A DNA stretch of 64,000 nucleotides from Sedimentisphaerales bacterium (GCA_040772485.1 JAXGYC010000008.1:224001-288000), one strand, 5' to 3'; numbered from the stretch's first letter, positions 18,180-27,802 are shown. The notes: a model not told the origin generated them from the letters alone. Translations and numbers: made by a program.

Positions 18180-19961
18180 CTACTTGTTGAGACCCTTGTG
18201 GTTCATGAATTCCCAAATGCGCCCCATCCAGGTATAGCTGCCCGTGCCCGGAGCCGCTTTCCTCTGGAAGCAGTGATTGCGTCCGACGAGCGTGTGGAGA
18301 TCGGACTGGATTCCCATCCGGCGAAGCTGCTCCCAGCATTTCACCGAATTCATCGCCGCCCAACCGTCCGCATCGCCGTGGATGAACAGGATCGGACAGG
18401 TCGCGAGGTCGAACGAGAACTCAGGGACGAGCCTCGCGTCGTCCTCGTTGCCGCCCTTCGCATTAGGGGCTTCTGCGCCGTCCGTGAGCGCGTACGCCGG
18501 ATAAATCGCGACCGCCCACTGCAGGTTGCAGGGGATCTTGTCAAGGTCGTCGATCGGCCAATAGGAACGACGCTGCGAGCTGGTCGCGCCCATGATCGTC
18601 AGGTGTCCGCCGGCCGAGGAGCCCATGATGCCGATGCGGTTGGGATCGAGCCCCTTCGCCGCGGCCTCGCTGCGGACGATTCGGATGGCGCGCTGCAGAT
18701 CCTGCCACGCCGTCGTGTGCTTGGCCAGCCCGCCCAGCGGACGCGGCGTGCGGTATTTCATCGTTACGACCGTCATGCCCTTCTCGTTCAGGTAACGCCG
18801 CGCCGGCGCGACTTCGAATCCGTCCGGATCGTTGCCCATGTAGCTGCCGCCCGAGTAGATGATCTGGATCGCCTTCGTCTTGAGTTCCTTCGGCATGTGC
18901 CACTCGATATAAGGCACGCACTGGTTCGTCTGCACATCCGGCATCTTGCCTTCCGGCCAGATCGGCTCCTTGAGGTATTCGCCGCGAGCATCGTCGTTCA
19001 AATAGCGGGCCATCAGATCTTCTTCCTCGCCGAGACGCCCGTCAAAATTCATCTGGCGGAGGTACTCGGCGATACGGTCGAGCCAGTGGTCGTAAGCCGT
19101 GCCGTCCTCGCCCTTGCCCGCGTCGCCCATGAAACCGTGGGGACGGTCTGCGAAGAGATGGATCTCGGCCGGGATCTTCATCCTGCGGAGCTGGCGGTAG
19201 ATCTGCGTGGAGCCGTTCGGCGAATAGATGTCTGCCCCGCCGTGGAAGAGCGCCATCGGACACGTCTTCGCGTCGAACTTGAACACGTCCGAGAGCTTGA
19301 CGTCGATCGCGTCGCCCTCGCGCGTGTTGGGGCCGGTCAGTCCGTCCGTCAGCGCGTAGGCGGTGTAGATCGGCACGGCCCAGTTGACGTGGCACGGAAG
19401 CTGGTCGAGTTCGTCGACCGGCCCATACGCCGGTGTCAGCGCGCTCGTCGCGAGCAGGACCGTCAGGTGCGAGCCCGCGGAGAACCCGAACGCACCGATC
19501 TTCTCCGGGTCGAATCCTCGTTCTTTCGCCTCGTTGCGGACGAGACGGACGGCGCGTTGCCCATCCTCCCATCCGCTCTGGTAGATCGGCAACCCTTGCG
19601 GCCGCGGCGTACGGTAGGTGAGGCTGGCGCAAACGAACCCGAGTTCGGTGAACGTCTTCGCGACCCGGTCGATCCACACCCCGTCGCAGCAACTGTAATA
19701 ACCGCCGCCGGAAATGAGCAGCATGCATCCGCCGTTTTTCTCCGCCGGCGCGTCGTACCAGTCGAGATACGGCATCGCATGGTCCGCCGCCTTGAATCCT
19801 GGAGCCTTCACCTCCTGGGTGGTTGCCGCGATCTGACCGGTCTGGAAATCCGGGATCTTCCCTTCCGGCCACAGCGCGACCCGCTCCCCGGCGAACGCTT
19901 GAACGGCAACCAGTAACCAAGAACAAAGAACCGCTGATAGGAATTTTGATTTTAGAGTCAT
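18180..19961 (-). CDS. Secreted tandem alpha/beta-hydrolase (two esterase domains; BD-FAE/acetyl-xylan-esterase-like)
   Basis: Two GxSxG nucleophile motifs (GFSAG, GSSAG); duplicated WPEGK.P, YRTPRP, YALTDG; signal peptide. Confidence 0.88.
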   Translation of the reverse strand: MTLKSKFLSAVLCSWLLVAVQAFAGERVALWPEGKIPDFQTGQIAATTQEVKAPGFKAADHAMPYLDWYDAPAEKNGGCMLLISGGGYYSCCDGVWIDRVAKTFTELGFVCASLTYRTPRPQGLPIYQSGWEDGQRAVRLVRNEAKERGFDPEKIGAFGFSAGSHLTVLLATSALTPAYGPVDELDQLPCHVNWAVPIYTAYALTDGLTGPNTREGDAIDVKLSDVFKFDAKTCPMALFHGGADIYSPNGSTQIYRQLRRMKIPAEIHLFADRPHGFMGDAGKGEDGTAYDHWLDRIAEYLRQMNFDGRLGEEEDLMARYLNDDARGEYLKEPIWPEGKMPDVQTNQCVPYIEWHMPKELKTKAIQIIYSGGSYMGNDPDGFEVAPARRYLNEKGMTVVTMKYRTPRPLGGLAKHTTAWQDLQRAIRIVRSEAAAKGLDPNRIGIMGSSAGGHLTIMGATSSQRRSYWPIDDLDKIPCNLQWAVAIYPAYALTDGAEAPNAKGGNEDDARLVPEFSFDLATCPILFIHGDADGWAAMNSVKCWEQLRRMGIQSDLHTLVGRNHCFQRKAAPGTGSYTWMGRIWEFMNHKGLNK

Positions 19962-20009
19962 GCCACGATTATATCACCTGTGGGGACAGCAATTCAAGGG
20001 AGGAATCAG

Positions 20010-21206
20010 CTGAGTCATCCGCAGTTTTGACCGAGGAGTTCGTGCTTCAAGCGGCGCAAGAGATACTGGCAGGTGGGGAGAGGGCAGGTTTGCATGAACA
20101 GGCCGATGGTGAAGAGACTGCATTCGCCCGTCCGGTTGTTGGAGCACCACCGGCCGGGGCGGAATCGTTCGGAGGCGTACAGGCCGACCGTCACCAGGAG
20201 CAGATACGCCAAGGCCAGAATAAGCAGAAACCGACTCAAACGCTGGGAATCCTTGATCTGGATCAAACGCAGAGCAAACCCATTGCGTTTGTTTTTCACG
20301 TCACGAAAGTACTCTTCAATGCTCATCCGCCGCGCAAAGACCTTGGACAAGACTTGGGCGCGAAGGTGCTCTTCGTCCGTCATCAGATACCAGGGTTCCG
20401 ACTGATCCGGCAGCCAAACCACAGCCACGTCCTGCACGACGGGCCGCTCTTTGCGATACGAGACGTGGCGTAGCAGGTGTCTCTGGCCCCGATGGATCGG
20501 GTAATCCGCCAGGCGACCGGTGAACCGCGAACTGCTCACCCACACCGACGGCTGGATGCGGATGATGTAATGGAACTTCAGTTCCTGGCACACGCGGGCC
20601 ATCTCCGTTCGACCGAACCCCCGATCGGCGAGAAGCGTCACCCGGACCGAAGCGGCCACCATGGTGTGAAACAGACGCAGCAACCCGTATTCCAGATTGT
20701 TCTGCGAGCGATAGACCTCCTCGTAACGGTACACCGCCCACAGCAAAGGCAAGGCCCGGCCTCGCAGACGAGCCGCCAGGACCAGGCACTGAAAGTGGCG
20801 GATATCCACCCAATCGAGGCTCACCAGCAGCTTTTTTCGGGGTTGGGCGAGCCACTGGACCACGCCCCGCATCGCTTCGCTCGGCTCGACCCGAGTGTTT
20901 CCTACAAAGCGGTCGACCCGCTTGATCCCCTGCTTGGCGGCCAGCGCCGATTGCCCCGCCAATGCCCGTCCCAGTTGGGCCAGCGAGGCCCGCACCACGA
21001 TCATCGCCGCCGGAACCAAGACGCTCAAGGTTTTGGCCTGCGAGAGCCGAAGACAAGAGCATACCGAACGTACAAAATCCGAAATCTCCTGGCGTTTCAT
21101 GGTCGACTCCTTTCGATCGAGTTGGCAGGTTTGTTTCTTCACCAGCTCTCATCGTCAAAGAGTCGACCTTTTCATTGGGCTCTACCTCAAACTGGGGATG
21201 ACTCAG
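20010..21206 (-). mobile_element. Complete IS4-family insertion sequence, 1197 bp, with 9-bp TSD AGGAATCAG
   Basis: TIRs CTGAGTCATCCGCAGTTTTGA / TCAAACTGGGGATGACTCAG; direct repeat AGGAATCAG at 20001-20009 and 21207-21215. Confidence 0.93.
20015..21100 (-). CDS. IS4-family DDE transposase (IS10/IS50-like)
   Basis: VSLDW, LLADRGFG, FARRMSIEEYFRDVK (YREK-like); AAGGAG RBS before ATG 21100; stop lies inside the TIR. Confidence 0.9.
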   Translation of the reverse strand: MKRQEISDFVRSVCSCLRLSQAKTLSVLVPAAMIVVRASLAQLGRALAGQSALAAKQGIKRVDRFVGNTRVEPSEAMRGVVQWLAQPRKKLLVSLDWVDIRHFQCLVLAARLRGRALPLLWAVYRYEEVYRSQNNLEYGLLRLFHTMVAASVRVTLLADRGFGRTEMARVCQELKFHYIIRIQPSVWVSSSRFTGRLADYPIHRGQRHLLRHVSYRKERPVVQDVAVVWLPDQSEPWYLMTDEEHLRAQVLSKVFARRMSIEEYFRDVKNKRNGFALRLIQIKDSQRLSRFLLILALAYLLLVTVGLYASERFRPGRWCSNNRTGECSLFTIGLFMQTCPLPTCQYLLRRLKHELLGQNCG

Positions 21207-21256
21207 AGGAATCAGCCCAGGGGCCGACGTAGAACGGCATGGGTTCAGTCATGTGC

Positions 21257-21544
21257 GAGGTATAACCGAAAGTTGTGGATGGCGTGCATGAAAAGAGCGG
21301 CGTATCCTTCTGAGTTGGAACATTCACGGAAGACTCATAGGAAAGGACACGCCACATGGCAGACAGTACCGTATCGAGCACCATTGTGTCAATCGGTTCC
21401 AGGGATGCGTTGAACGAGATTTTGCGGCAAGGAGCGCAGCAGATGTTGACGCAGGCCATTGAGAACGAGGTGGCTGAATACCTCGGTCGTCACGCGGAGC
21501 AGCGTGACGATGAGGGTCGACGGCTGGTCATCCGCAACGGGTAA
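21257..21544 (+). pseudogene. IS256-family left end and truncated transposase N-terminus
   Basis: GAGGTATAACCGAAAGTTG left-end-like sequence; DALNEILRQGAQQMLTQAIENEVAEYLG..RRLVIRNG then stop. Confidence 0.8.
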
Positions 21545-21986
21545 CACAGTCTCCCACTCCATCAGTGTGTTCTTTCCATGTCACAATGAGGAGGAGAACC
21601 TTCCGACATTGATCGGTACGGCTGTGGCGGTTCTTGAAGATCTGGGCGTGGACTTTGAAATCCTTGTCATCGATGATGGTAGTCGTGATAACACAGCCGC
21701 CATTGCCGACACATTCGCTCAAGATGATTCTCGGATAAGAGTCATACATCACCCCACGAATCTGGGCTATGGAGCTGCCTTGCGATCGGGTTTCGAAGCA
21801 GCATCAAAAGACCTTGTGTTCTACACGGATGGCGATGGTCAATTTGACATTCACGAAATGCCAGGGTTGTTGCCTCTCTTGGACGAATACGATATTGTCA
21901 GTTGTTACAGACTCCACCGAGCGGATCCATTGGTACGAAAGTTCAATGCCTGGTGCTGGACAAGACTGGTTGGCGCAATCTTCGGA
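21545..21986 (+). pseudogene. Glycosyltransferase family 2 (DPM1-like) fragment
   Basis: SISVFFPCHNEEENL, VIDDGSRD, NLGYGAAL, YTDGDGQF; no start codon (abuts the IS256 fragment) and no C-terminal part. Confidence 0.8.
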
Positions 21987-22017
21987 ACCGCACGAACAAC
22001 TCTGTATGGATCGGCCC

Positions 22018-23292
22018 CTACGATGCCGCTTCCTCCCCCGCCGTGCAAATGAGCCGCAACTTCGGGCCGACCGGCACCGGTTCCTTTTGATCGAGCTTCT
22101 CAAGGATTTGCTTCAGGATGACTTCGGTCTTGTCCGCCGTTGGAGATCTGCCGGGACTGAACTCCACCACGTCGTGCATCTTCTCGGGCATGAGGGCGGC
22201 GTAATGTCGGCGGCAGATTTCCGGCGAATTGCCCATGAGCTCGGCGATCTTGTACAGCGATTCGCCCTTCTGGGCCAGGTGACTGCCGAAGGTGTGCCGG
22301 AAATCCAGACACGACCAGCTCAGACCATGGGACCTGTTGATCTCCCGCAAATCCTGGGAGAAGTTGTCGGCGTCCCACCGTCGTCCGCGGGGAGAAGGAA
22401 AGAACCATGGCTCGCTGCGCTGCGGCGAGTAGGCCGCAAGAATCTCATGCAGTGCCCCGCTGATCGGCACGACCCGATTGCGTTTGGTCTTGGGCTGCCA
22501 GTGCTCTCCGTTGATAACCTTGGCGCGAACGTAGATCAGCGGCTTGTCCAGATCGACGTCGTCGACAATCAGCCACAGCCCTTCCTCCCGGCGAAGACCG
22601 GCGTAGATGAACGTCGCCACCATGGCTTTTAGGGTGGGCGAGTCGCGGAGGACGACCAGTTGTTCGCAGATCTGCTCCTGCGTGAGCCAAGTGATCAGTG
22701 GAGCACTTTCCTGTGCTCTCCTCACACCCTCCATGGGATTGCGGTACCGGTGACCGGGACAAACATACCCATGGTGTTCGATCGCATAGTTGAACATCCG
22801 GTGAAGAACCCCACGAATCCGATTCGCCGTCTTGGGCGCTATGTGGTCCTCCATGACGCGTTCACGGATGTACCCGCTAATGGTCTCTGGGGAAAGCTCC
22901 TCCAGGTGCCGTGCAGGTACAGCTCGGTCATATGCTCTTGGGGTCGACTGGGATACGGATGCTCCACCATCTCGGAACCTATGGTTCACTTTACTGCCCG
23001 GCTGCAAGGCGGGACAACGAGGTCCGAGGAACATGCGCAGATATAAGATGTCGTTCTTGGCGCTCTTGCGTGTCCGAGTCCGCCACAGGAACTCACAGAA
23101 CGACTGCACAAAGTCGTCAACCGGCGTATTGGACGGCTTTTTCAACTGACCGGTAACTTCAAGTGCTTCCAGGCGCTTCTTCTTTTCGACTGCCACCCGT
23201 TCATGGGGGGTTCGCAGGGATCTCGAAACGGACTTCCCGCCGATCAAGTAATGAACCCACCATATGCGTCCGCGTTTGTAGATACTGGCCAT
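22018..23292 (-). CDS. Tyrosine recombinase/phage-type integrase
   Basis: MASIYKRG arm-binding N-terminus; YAGLRREE, PKTKRNR, DFRHTFGS, ELMGNS..RRHY; adjacent to the tRNA 3' end. Confidence 0.9.
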   Translation of the reverse strand: MASIYKRGRIWWVHYLIGGKSVSRSLRTPHERVAVEKKKRLEALEVTGQLKKPSNTPVDDFVQSFCEFLWRTRTRKSAKNDILYLRMFLGPRCPALQPGSKVNHRFRDGGASVSQSTPRAYDRAVPARHLEELSPETISGYIRERVMEDHIAPKTANRIRGVLHRMFNYAIEHHGYVCPGHRYRNPMEGVRRAQESAPLITWLTQEQICEQLVVLRDSPTLKAMVATFIYAGLRREEGLWLIVDDVDLDKPLIYVRAKVINGEHWQPKTKRNRVVPISGALHEILAAYSPQRSEPWFFPSPRGRRWDADNFSQDLREINRSHGLSWSCLDFRHTFGSHLAQKGESLYKIAELMGNSPEICRRHYAALMPEKMHDVVEFSPGRSPTADKTEVILKQILEKLDQKEPVPVGPKLRLICTAGEEAAS

Positions 23293-23384
23293 GGCAAAGC
23301 TCCTTTCTGTCGTCGCCACGGCCCATTCCCGGGGGTCAGACTGCAGCAGAAATTGCTGCACTTTTGCCACAGTCCCCGCTGCGC

Positions 23385-23416
23385 AAAAAAATAGGACAGG
23401 CCTAAATGCCTGTCCT
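23385..23416 (-). terminator. Intrinsic terminator downstream of tRNA-fMet
   Basis: 9-bp stem AGGACAGGC/GCCTGTCCT followed by a T-run on the minus strand. Confidence 0.7.
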
Positions 23417-23432
23417 TGTGCGACTTACGCAA

Positions 23433-23506
23433 TAGCGGGGGGAGGATTCGAACCTCCGACCTCCGGGTTATGGGCCCGACGAGCTACCAGACTGCTCTAC
23501 CCCGCG
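23433..23506 (-). tRNA. tRNA-Met initiator (fMet, CAT)
   Basis: CGCGGGGTAGAGCAGTCTGGTAGCTCGTCGGGCCCATAACCCGG..GGTTCGAATCC..CCCCGCTA; unpaired 1:72 and three G-C pairs in the anticodon stem. Confidence 0.96.
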
Positions 23507-23631
23507 GTCAATTCTATCGAGATACGCTCCGGACGGCATTCTGTTCAAACCATCCGGCGCGCCTTCAAAGCCAATTCACACGCACCGCAAAACTAACACA
23601 AACCGCACGCGACATCAAGCACAAGTTCCGA

Positions 23632-24045
23632 TCAGGTCAGATTTCTGCGAATCTTCTCTGCGATTTCCGCGCTGCGGCCTTCGGGATACTTGTGGGCGGG
23701 CCACTGCGTAAAGACGCCGTCGCCTGTCCCGCGCGGCACGATGTGAAAGTGCAGGTGATCGACGATCTGGCCTGCGGCCCGGCCGTTGTTGCACAGCACG
23801 TTGTAGCCGTCCGCCTTCATCGCCCTCGCAATCGCACCCGCGATCCGGCCCAGACGCGACCATACGTCTGCCAGAACCTGCGGATCACATTCGTGGACTC
23901 TCCCGCAGTGGACCTTTGGAATCACCAGCGTGTGGCCATCGCTGATCGGTCCGATGTCGAGAAAGGCCAGCACCGCCTCATCCTCGTAGACCTTGACTAC
24001 CGGAATCTCTCCGGCAACCATTTTGCAGAAGATGCAGTCATCCAT
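23632..24045 (-). CDS. HIT family nucleotide hydrolase
   Basis: MDDCIFCK..., GHTLVIPK, HLHFHIVPR. Confidence 0.93.
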   Translation of the reverse strand: MDDCIFCKMVAGEIPVVKVYEDEAVLAFLDIGPISDGHTLVIPKVHCGRVHECDPQVLADVWSRLGRIAGAIARAMKADGYNVLCNNGRAAGQIVDHLHFHIVPRGTGDGVFTQWPAHKYPEGRSAEIAEKIRRNLT

Positions 24046-24079
24046 GCTCGCCCGATCACCCCGTCGACGCGGTCCCGTG

Positions 24080-24658
24080 CTACTGCTTGTCCTCGGCGCC
24101 CCGTTCCGACTCCGTCGCCTCTGTGCCGGTCTGTTCAGAAGCCGCCGCATGACTGGCGGCCGCGGCCTTCGCCGACTTCTTGGATTTGGCCGATCCGATG
24201 GTCTTCTTCGTCTTGCCTCTCTTCGTCGAGGTCTTCCGCTCTTTCTTGACGGGCTCATCCTGCCCGAGAAGCTGAAGCAGCACGAGCTGCCCATTGTCGC
24301 CCAGACGCCGCAACGACAGACGGATGATCCGCGTGTAACCACCCGGCCGCTCCAGATAACGCGGCCCAAGCTCGCTGAACAGCTTGCCGACCACGGTCCC
24401 CTTCTTCGTGGTCTTGCCGTCCTCGATATCGAGGATATCCCGGTTGCCAAGCAACGCGATGGCACGGCGCCGATGCTCGAGCTTGCCCTTCCTGGCCAGC
24501 GTGATCAGCTTCTCCACGAAAGGCTTGACCTCTTTGGCTTTCTCGATCGTGGTCGAGATTGTCTCATGCTCGATCAGCGATTGAGCCAGGTTCCGGCGCA
24601 ACGCCAGACGGTGCTCGCTCGTTCGGCTCAACTGACGTCCTGCAACTCGATGACGCAT
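24080..24658 (-). CDS. rplQ: 50S ribosomal protein L17 with low-complexity C-terminal extension
   Basis: MRHRVAGRQLSR, RPGGYTRI. Confidence 0.97.
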   Translation of the reverse strand: MRHRVAGRQLSRTSEHRLALRRNLAQSLIEHETISTTIEKAKEVKPFVEKLITLARKGKLEHRRRAIALLGNRDILDIEDGKTTKKGTVVGKLFSELGPRYLERPGGYTRIIRLSLRRLGDNGQLVLLQLLGQDEPVKKERKTSTKRGKTKKTIGSAKSKKSAKAAAASHAAASEQTGTEATESERGAEDKQ

Positions 24659-24713
24659 ATGCTAAGATTCCTCTTTCGATAGTGCCAAACCGTTCTCGTG
24701 ACGGTCCCGAGGG

Positions 24714-25715
24714 CTATTGTCCCCCGTCCTTCGTACCCAGCGACAGACCGATGTCGGCGAGCTTGCGTTTGATCTCGCGGAGTGAGGTCTTTCCGAAGCT
24801 GCGGATCTTCAGCAGATCCGCCTCACTCATCGCCGCCAGTTGGCGAACGGTCTCGATCTTCGCCGATTCCAGACAATTGCTGGCCCGAACCGACAATTCG
24901 AGTTCCTGAATCGGAGTATTGAGCTTGGCCTCCAATTCCTCGTCGATCTCCTTCTCAGGCTCTTCCTGCGCGAGTTCGCCGGCCACCGTTTCCTCGCCCA
25001 GCTCGAAGTACTGGACGAACGGATTGATGTGCTTGCGGAGGATCTTGGCGGCCTCGACCAGCGCCATGTCCGGCGCCACGGTGCCATTCGTCCAGATTTC
25101 CATGATGAGCCGGTCGTAGTTCGTCCGCTGACCGACGCGCGTGTTCTCGGTCGTGTAGCGAACGCGTGTCACGGGCGAATACACCGCGTCCAGGTGGATC
25201 AGCCCGATCTCCTGATCGAACCGATCCGCATCCGCGATTCGTTCCGAGACCGGGACGTACCCGCGTCCGTTCTCCACCACCATCTCCATCTCGAAATTGA
25301 CCTTGTCCGTCAACGTGGCCAGCACCGTATCCTTGCTGAAGACCTCGATCGCGGGGTCGGCCACGATGTCAGCCGCCGTGACCACGCCCACCTTGTTGGA
25401 CGAGACCTTCATCGTCTTGGGCCCTTCGCCCTGCAAGCGGATGACGAGGCTCTTGACGTTCAGCACGACATCCGTGGTATCCTCCATCACGCCGGCGATG
25501 GAGGTGAACTCATGATCCACTCCACTGATCTTGATCGAGGTGACCGCACTGCCCTCCAGCGAGGAGAGCAACACACGTCGGAGACTGTTCCCGACGGTCG
25601 TACCGAATCCACGCTCGAACGGCTCAATGTAGAACCTTCCGTACCTGTCCGTCGAAACAACGCTGTCCTTTTCAACACGAGTCGGCAACTCTAAGCCACG
25701 CCACGTCACTCGCAT
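24714..25715 (-). CDS. rpoA: RNA polymerase alpha subunit
   Basis: EPFERGFGTTVGNSLRRVLLSS; ELELSVRASNCL. Confidence 0.98.
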   Translation of the reverse strand: MRVTWRGLELPTRVEKDSVVSTDRYGRFYIEPFERGFGTTVGNSLRRVLLSSLEGSAVTSIKISGVDHEFTSIAGVMEDTTDVVLNVKSLVIRLQGEGPKTMKVSSNKVGVVTAADIVADPAIEVFSKDTVLATLTDKVNFEMEMVVENGRGYVPVSERIADADRFDQEIGLIHLDAVYSPVTRVRYTTENTRVGQRTNYDRLIMEIWTNGTVAPDMALVEAAKILRKHINPFVQYFELGEETVAGELAQEEPEKEIDEELEAKLNTPIQELELSVRASNCLESAKIETVRQLAAMSEADLLKIRSFGKTSLREIKRKLADIGLSLGTKDGGQ

Positions 25716-25822
25716 ATACAGGCCTCCGATCTAAACTTTGATCCGTACACTACACAGCCTCCTGCGGAACCGATTCCCGTCGTCCGACGGGCCGCCCCAT
25801 TCCGCATTCATGGCCTCCGAGC

Positions 25823-26455
25823 CTACCGCGAGCAGAATTCCACGACCAACTGCTCTTCCACCGGAATCTGGACGTCTTCCCGGCTTGGCATCGCCACGAT
25901 GGTGGCGGCCGGCTTGTCCCGATCCAGTTGGAGCCAGGCCTGCGTCGTGAAGTTCGGGTTGCTCTCGAGCTGCTGCTTCACCTCTTTGCGGCTTCTTTCA
26001 GAGTCCTTGATCTCGATCCGGTCTCCCACGTTTGTGGTGTAGTCGCTCACATCCACCTTGCGACCATTCACGTGGACGTGCCCGTGGGCGATCAGTTGTC
26101 GAGCCCCCTTGCGAGACGGCGCGAAATTCAGTTTGTACACCACGTTGTCCAACCGCCGTTCGAGCAGTTGAAGCAGGTTCTCCCCGGTGTTGCCCTTGAG
26201 GCGCGTGGCCTCATGGAAGTACCGCATGAACTGCTGTTCATACAGGCCGTAGTACCTCTTGATCTTCTGCTTCTCACGAAGACGAACCCCATATTCGCTC
26301 AATCGTGCCCGGCGCCATCCATGCATCCCCGGCGCCAGATTCCGCTGTCGGCGCTCGACCTGGCATTTGGCGGTTTCACACTTGAGGCCTTTCAGGAACA
26401 GCTTCATTCCTTCGCGGCGGCACTGTTGACACGATGGACCGAGATAACGTCCCAT
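25823..26455 (-). CDS. rpsD: 30S ribosomal protein S4
   Basis: LREKQK, LLERRLDNVVY, ARQLIAHGH. Confidence 0.98.
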   Translation of the reverse strand: MGRYLGPSCQQCRREGMKLFLKGLKCETAKCQVERRQRNLAPGMHGWRRARLSEYGVRLREKQKIKRYYGLYEQQFMRYFHEATRLKGNTGENLLQLLERRLDNVVYKLNFAPSRKGARQLIAHGHVHVNGRKVDVSDYTTNVGDRIEIKDSERSRKEVKQQLESNPNFTTQAWLQLDRDKPAATIVAMPSREDVQIPVEEQLVVEFCSR

Positions 26456-26493
26456 ATCGATCGATCTCCTGTAGAGTCTCCTGGAGCCTTTGC

Positions 26494-26874
26494 TTATACC
26501 CGTCTACGCTTCGGCGGTCGGCACCCGTTGTGCGGCAGCGGCGTGACGTCCTCGATCGAGGCGATCCGAAGCCCGGCGCCCTGGAGGGCGGAAATCGCCG
26601 ACTCGCGACCCGAGCCGGGTCCTTTGACCTTGATCTCGACCTCTCGAACACCGTTTCGCATGGCCGTGCTCGCGCAGCGCTGCGCCGCCTGCTGTGCGGC
26701 AAAGGGCGTGCTCTTTCGCGAGCCCTTGAACCCCACGCACCCGGCCGAACCGGTGCAGATCGTGTCCCCATCCATATCCGTGACGGTGATCAGCGTGTTG
26801 TTGAACGTCGCCTTGATATGAATGATCGCTCGAACCACGTTCTTCCGAACTTTTCGTTTTCCGCTCTTTGCCAT
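26494..26874 (-). CDS. rpsK: 30S ribosomal protein S11
   Basis: [24 protein letters not shown]. Confidence 0.98.
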   Translation of the reverse strand: MAKSGKRKVRKNVVRAIIHIKATFNNTLITVTDMDGDTICTGSAGCVGFKGSRKSTPFAAQQAAQRCASTAMRNGVREVEIKVKGPGSGRESAISALQGAGLRIASIEDVTPLPHNGCRPPKRRRV

Positions 26875-26956
26875 CTGGTTCTCTTACCGAATAGTGCTGC
26901 CTCGTTTTCCCAGTCTGTGCGGCTTCCGCTCGCCGAACGGCGTTCGCGGACGCCGA

Positions 26957-27340
26957 TCAGCGTTTCTCTTTGACGCCCTTCTTTCCGGCCACGGTCTTGC
27001 GCGGGCCCTTGCGCGTCCGGGCGTTGCTCTGCGTACACTGGCCCCGCACCGGAAGGCCCCGGCGATGCCGGATGCCCCGATAGCAGGCGATGTCGCGGAG
27101 GCGGGCGATGTTCTGCGCCACCTGGCGGCGAAGCTGACCGCCGACCACGTAGTTGCGGTCGATGATCTGCGTGATCCGACTCAGCTCATCTTCGCTGAGC
27201 TTGTTCGCCTTGGTCATCCGCTCGATGCGGGCTTCCTTCAGAATCATCTCCGACGTATGCCGACCGATCCCCGGGATGTACGTCAGCGAAATCCAGATCG
27301 ATTTGTTGTCCGGAATATCGATACCCACTATACGCGGCAT
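26957..27340 (-). CDS. rpsM: 30S ribosomal protein S13
   Basis: [25 protein letters not shown]. Confidence 0.98.
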   Translation of the reverse strand: MPRIVGIDIPDNKSIWISLTYIPGIGRHTSEMILKEARIERMTKANKLSEDELSRITQIIDRNYVVGGQLRRQVAQNIARLRDIACYRGIRHRRGLPVRGQCTQSNARTRKGPRKTVAGKKGVKEKR

Positions 27341-27410
27341 ATTGGCTCCCTTTTAGCACCCATCTGCAATCGACGCGGGTTCTCCCGCCGTCCGTTTCGC
27401 CTACAGCCCC

Positions 27411-27524
27411 TTACCCTTGACGCTGTTTGTGCCGGGGATTCGAGCAGATGACCCGAACGACCCCGCGACGACGGACGATCTTGCAATTCTCACAGATTCG
27501 TTTGACTGAGCTTCTGACCTTCAT
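27411..27524 (-). CDS. rpmJ: 50S ribosomal protein L36
   Basis: Hand-translated [37 protein letters not shown]. Confidence 0.97.
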   Translation of the reverse strand: MKVRSSVKRICENCKIVRRRGVVRVICSNPRHKQRQG

Positions 27525-27586
27525 CTTCTCTTCCACGCTTTCCGACGACTCTCGTGCGTTGCGGCCCCTGTCCGGGCACGAACACC

Positions 27587-27802
27587 TCAATGCCGCAGTA
27601 CGATCCGTCCTCGATTGAGGTCGTACGGCGACATCTCTACCGTCACCATGTCCCCGGGAAGAATCCGAATGAAATTCATCCGCATCTTCCCCGAGACGTG
27701 GGCCAGGACCTTGTGCCCACCTTCCAACTCGACCCGAAACATCGCGTTAGGCAGAGCTTCGATCACTTTCGCTTGCAGCCGTATCGCGTCTTTCTTGGCC
27801 AT
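27587..27802 (-). CDS. infA: Translation initiation factor IF-1
   Basis: [20 protein letters not shown]. Confidence 0.97.
   Translation of the reverse strand: MAKKDAIRLQAKVIEALPNAMFRVELEGGHKVLAHVSGKMRMNFIRILPGDMVTVEMSPYDLNRGRIVLRH

Noticed and set aside
24046..24465. Long N-terminal extension of the HIT protein
   Set aside because: Overlaps rplQ in another frame; HIT homology begins at MDDCIFC (24045).
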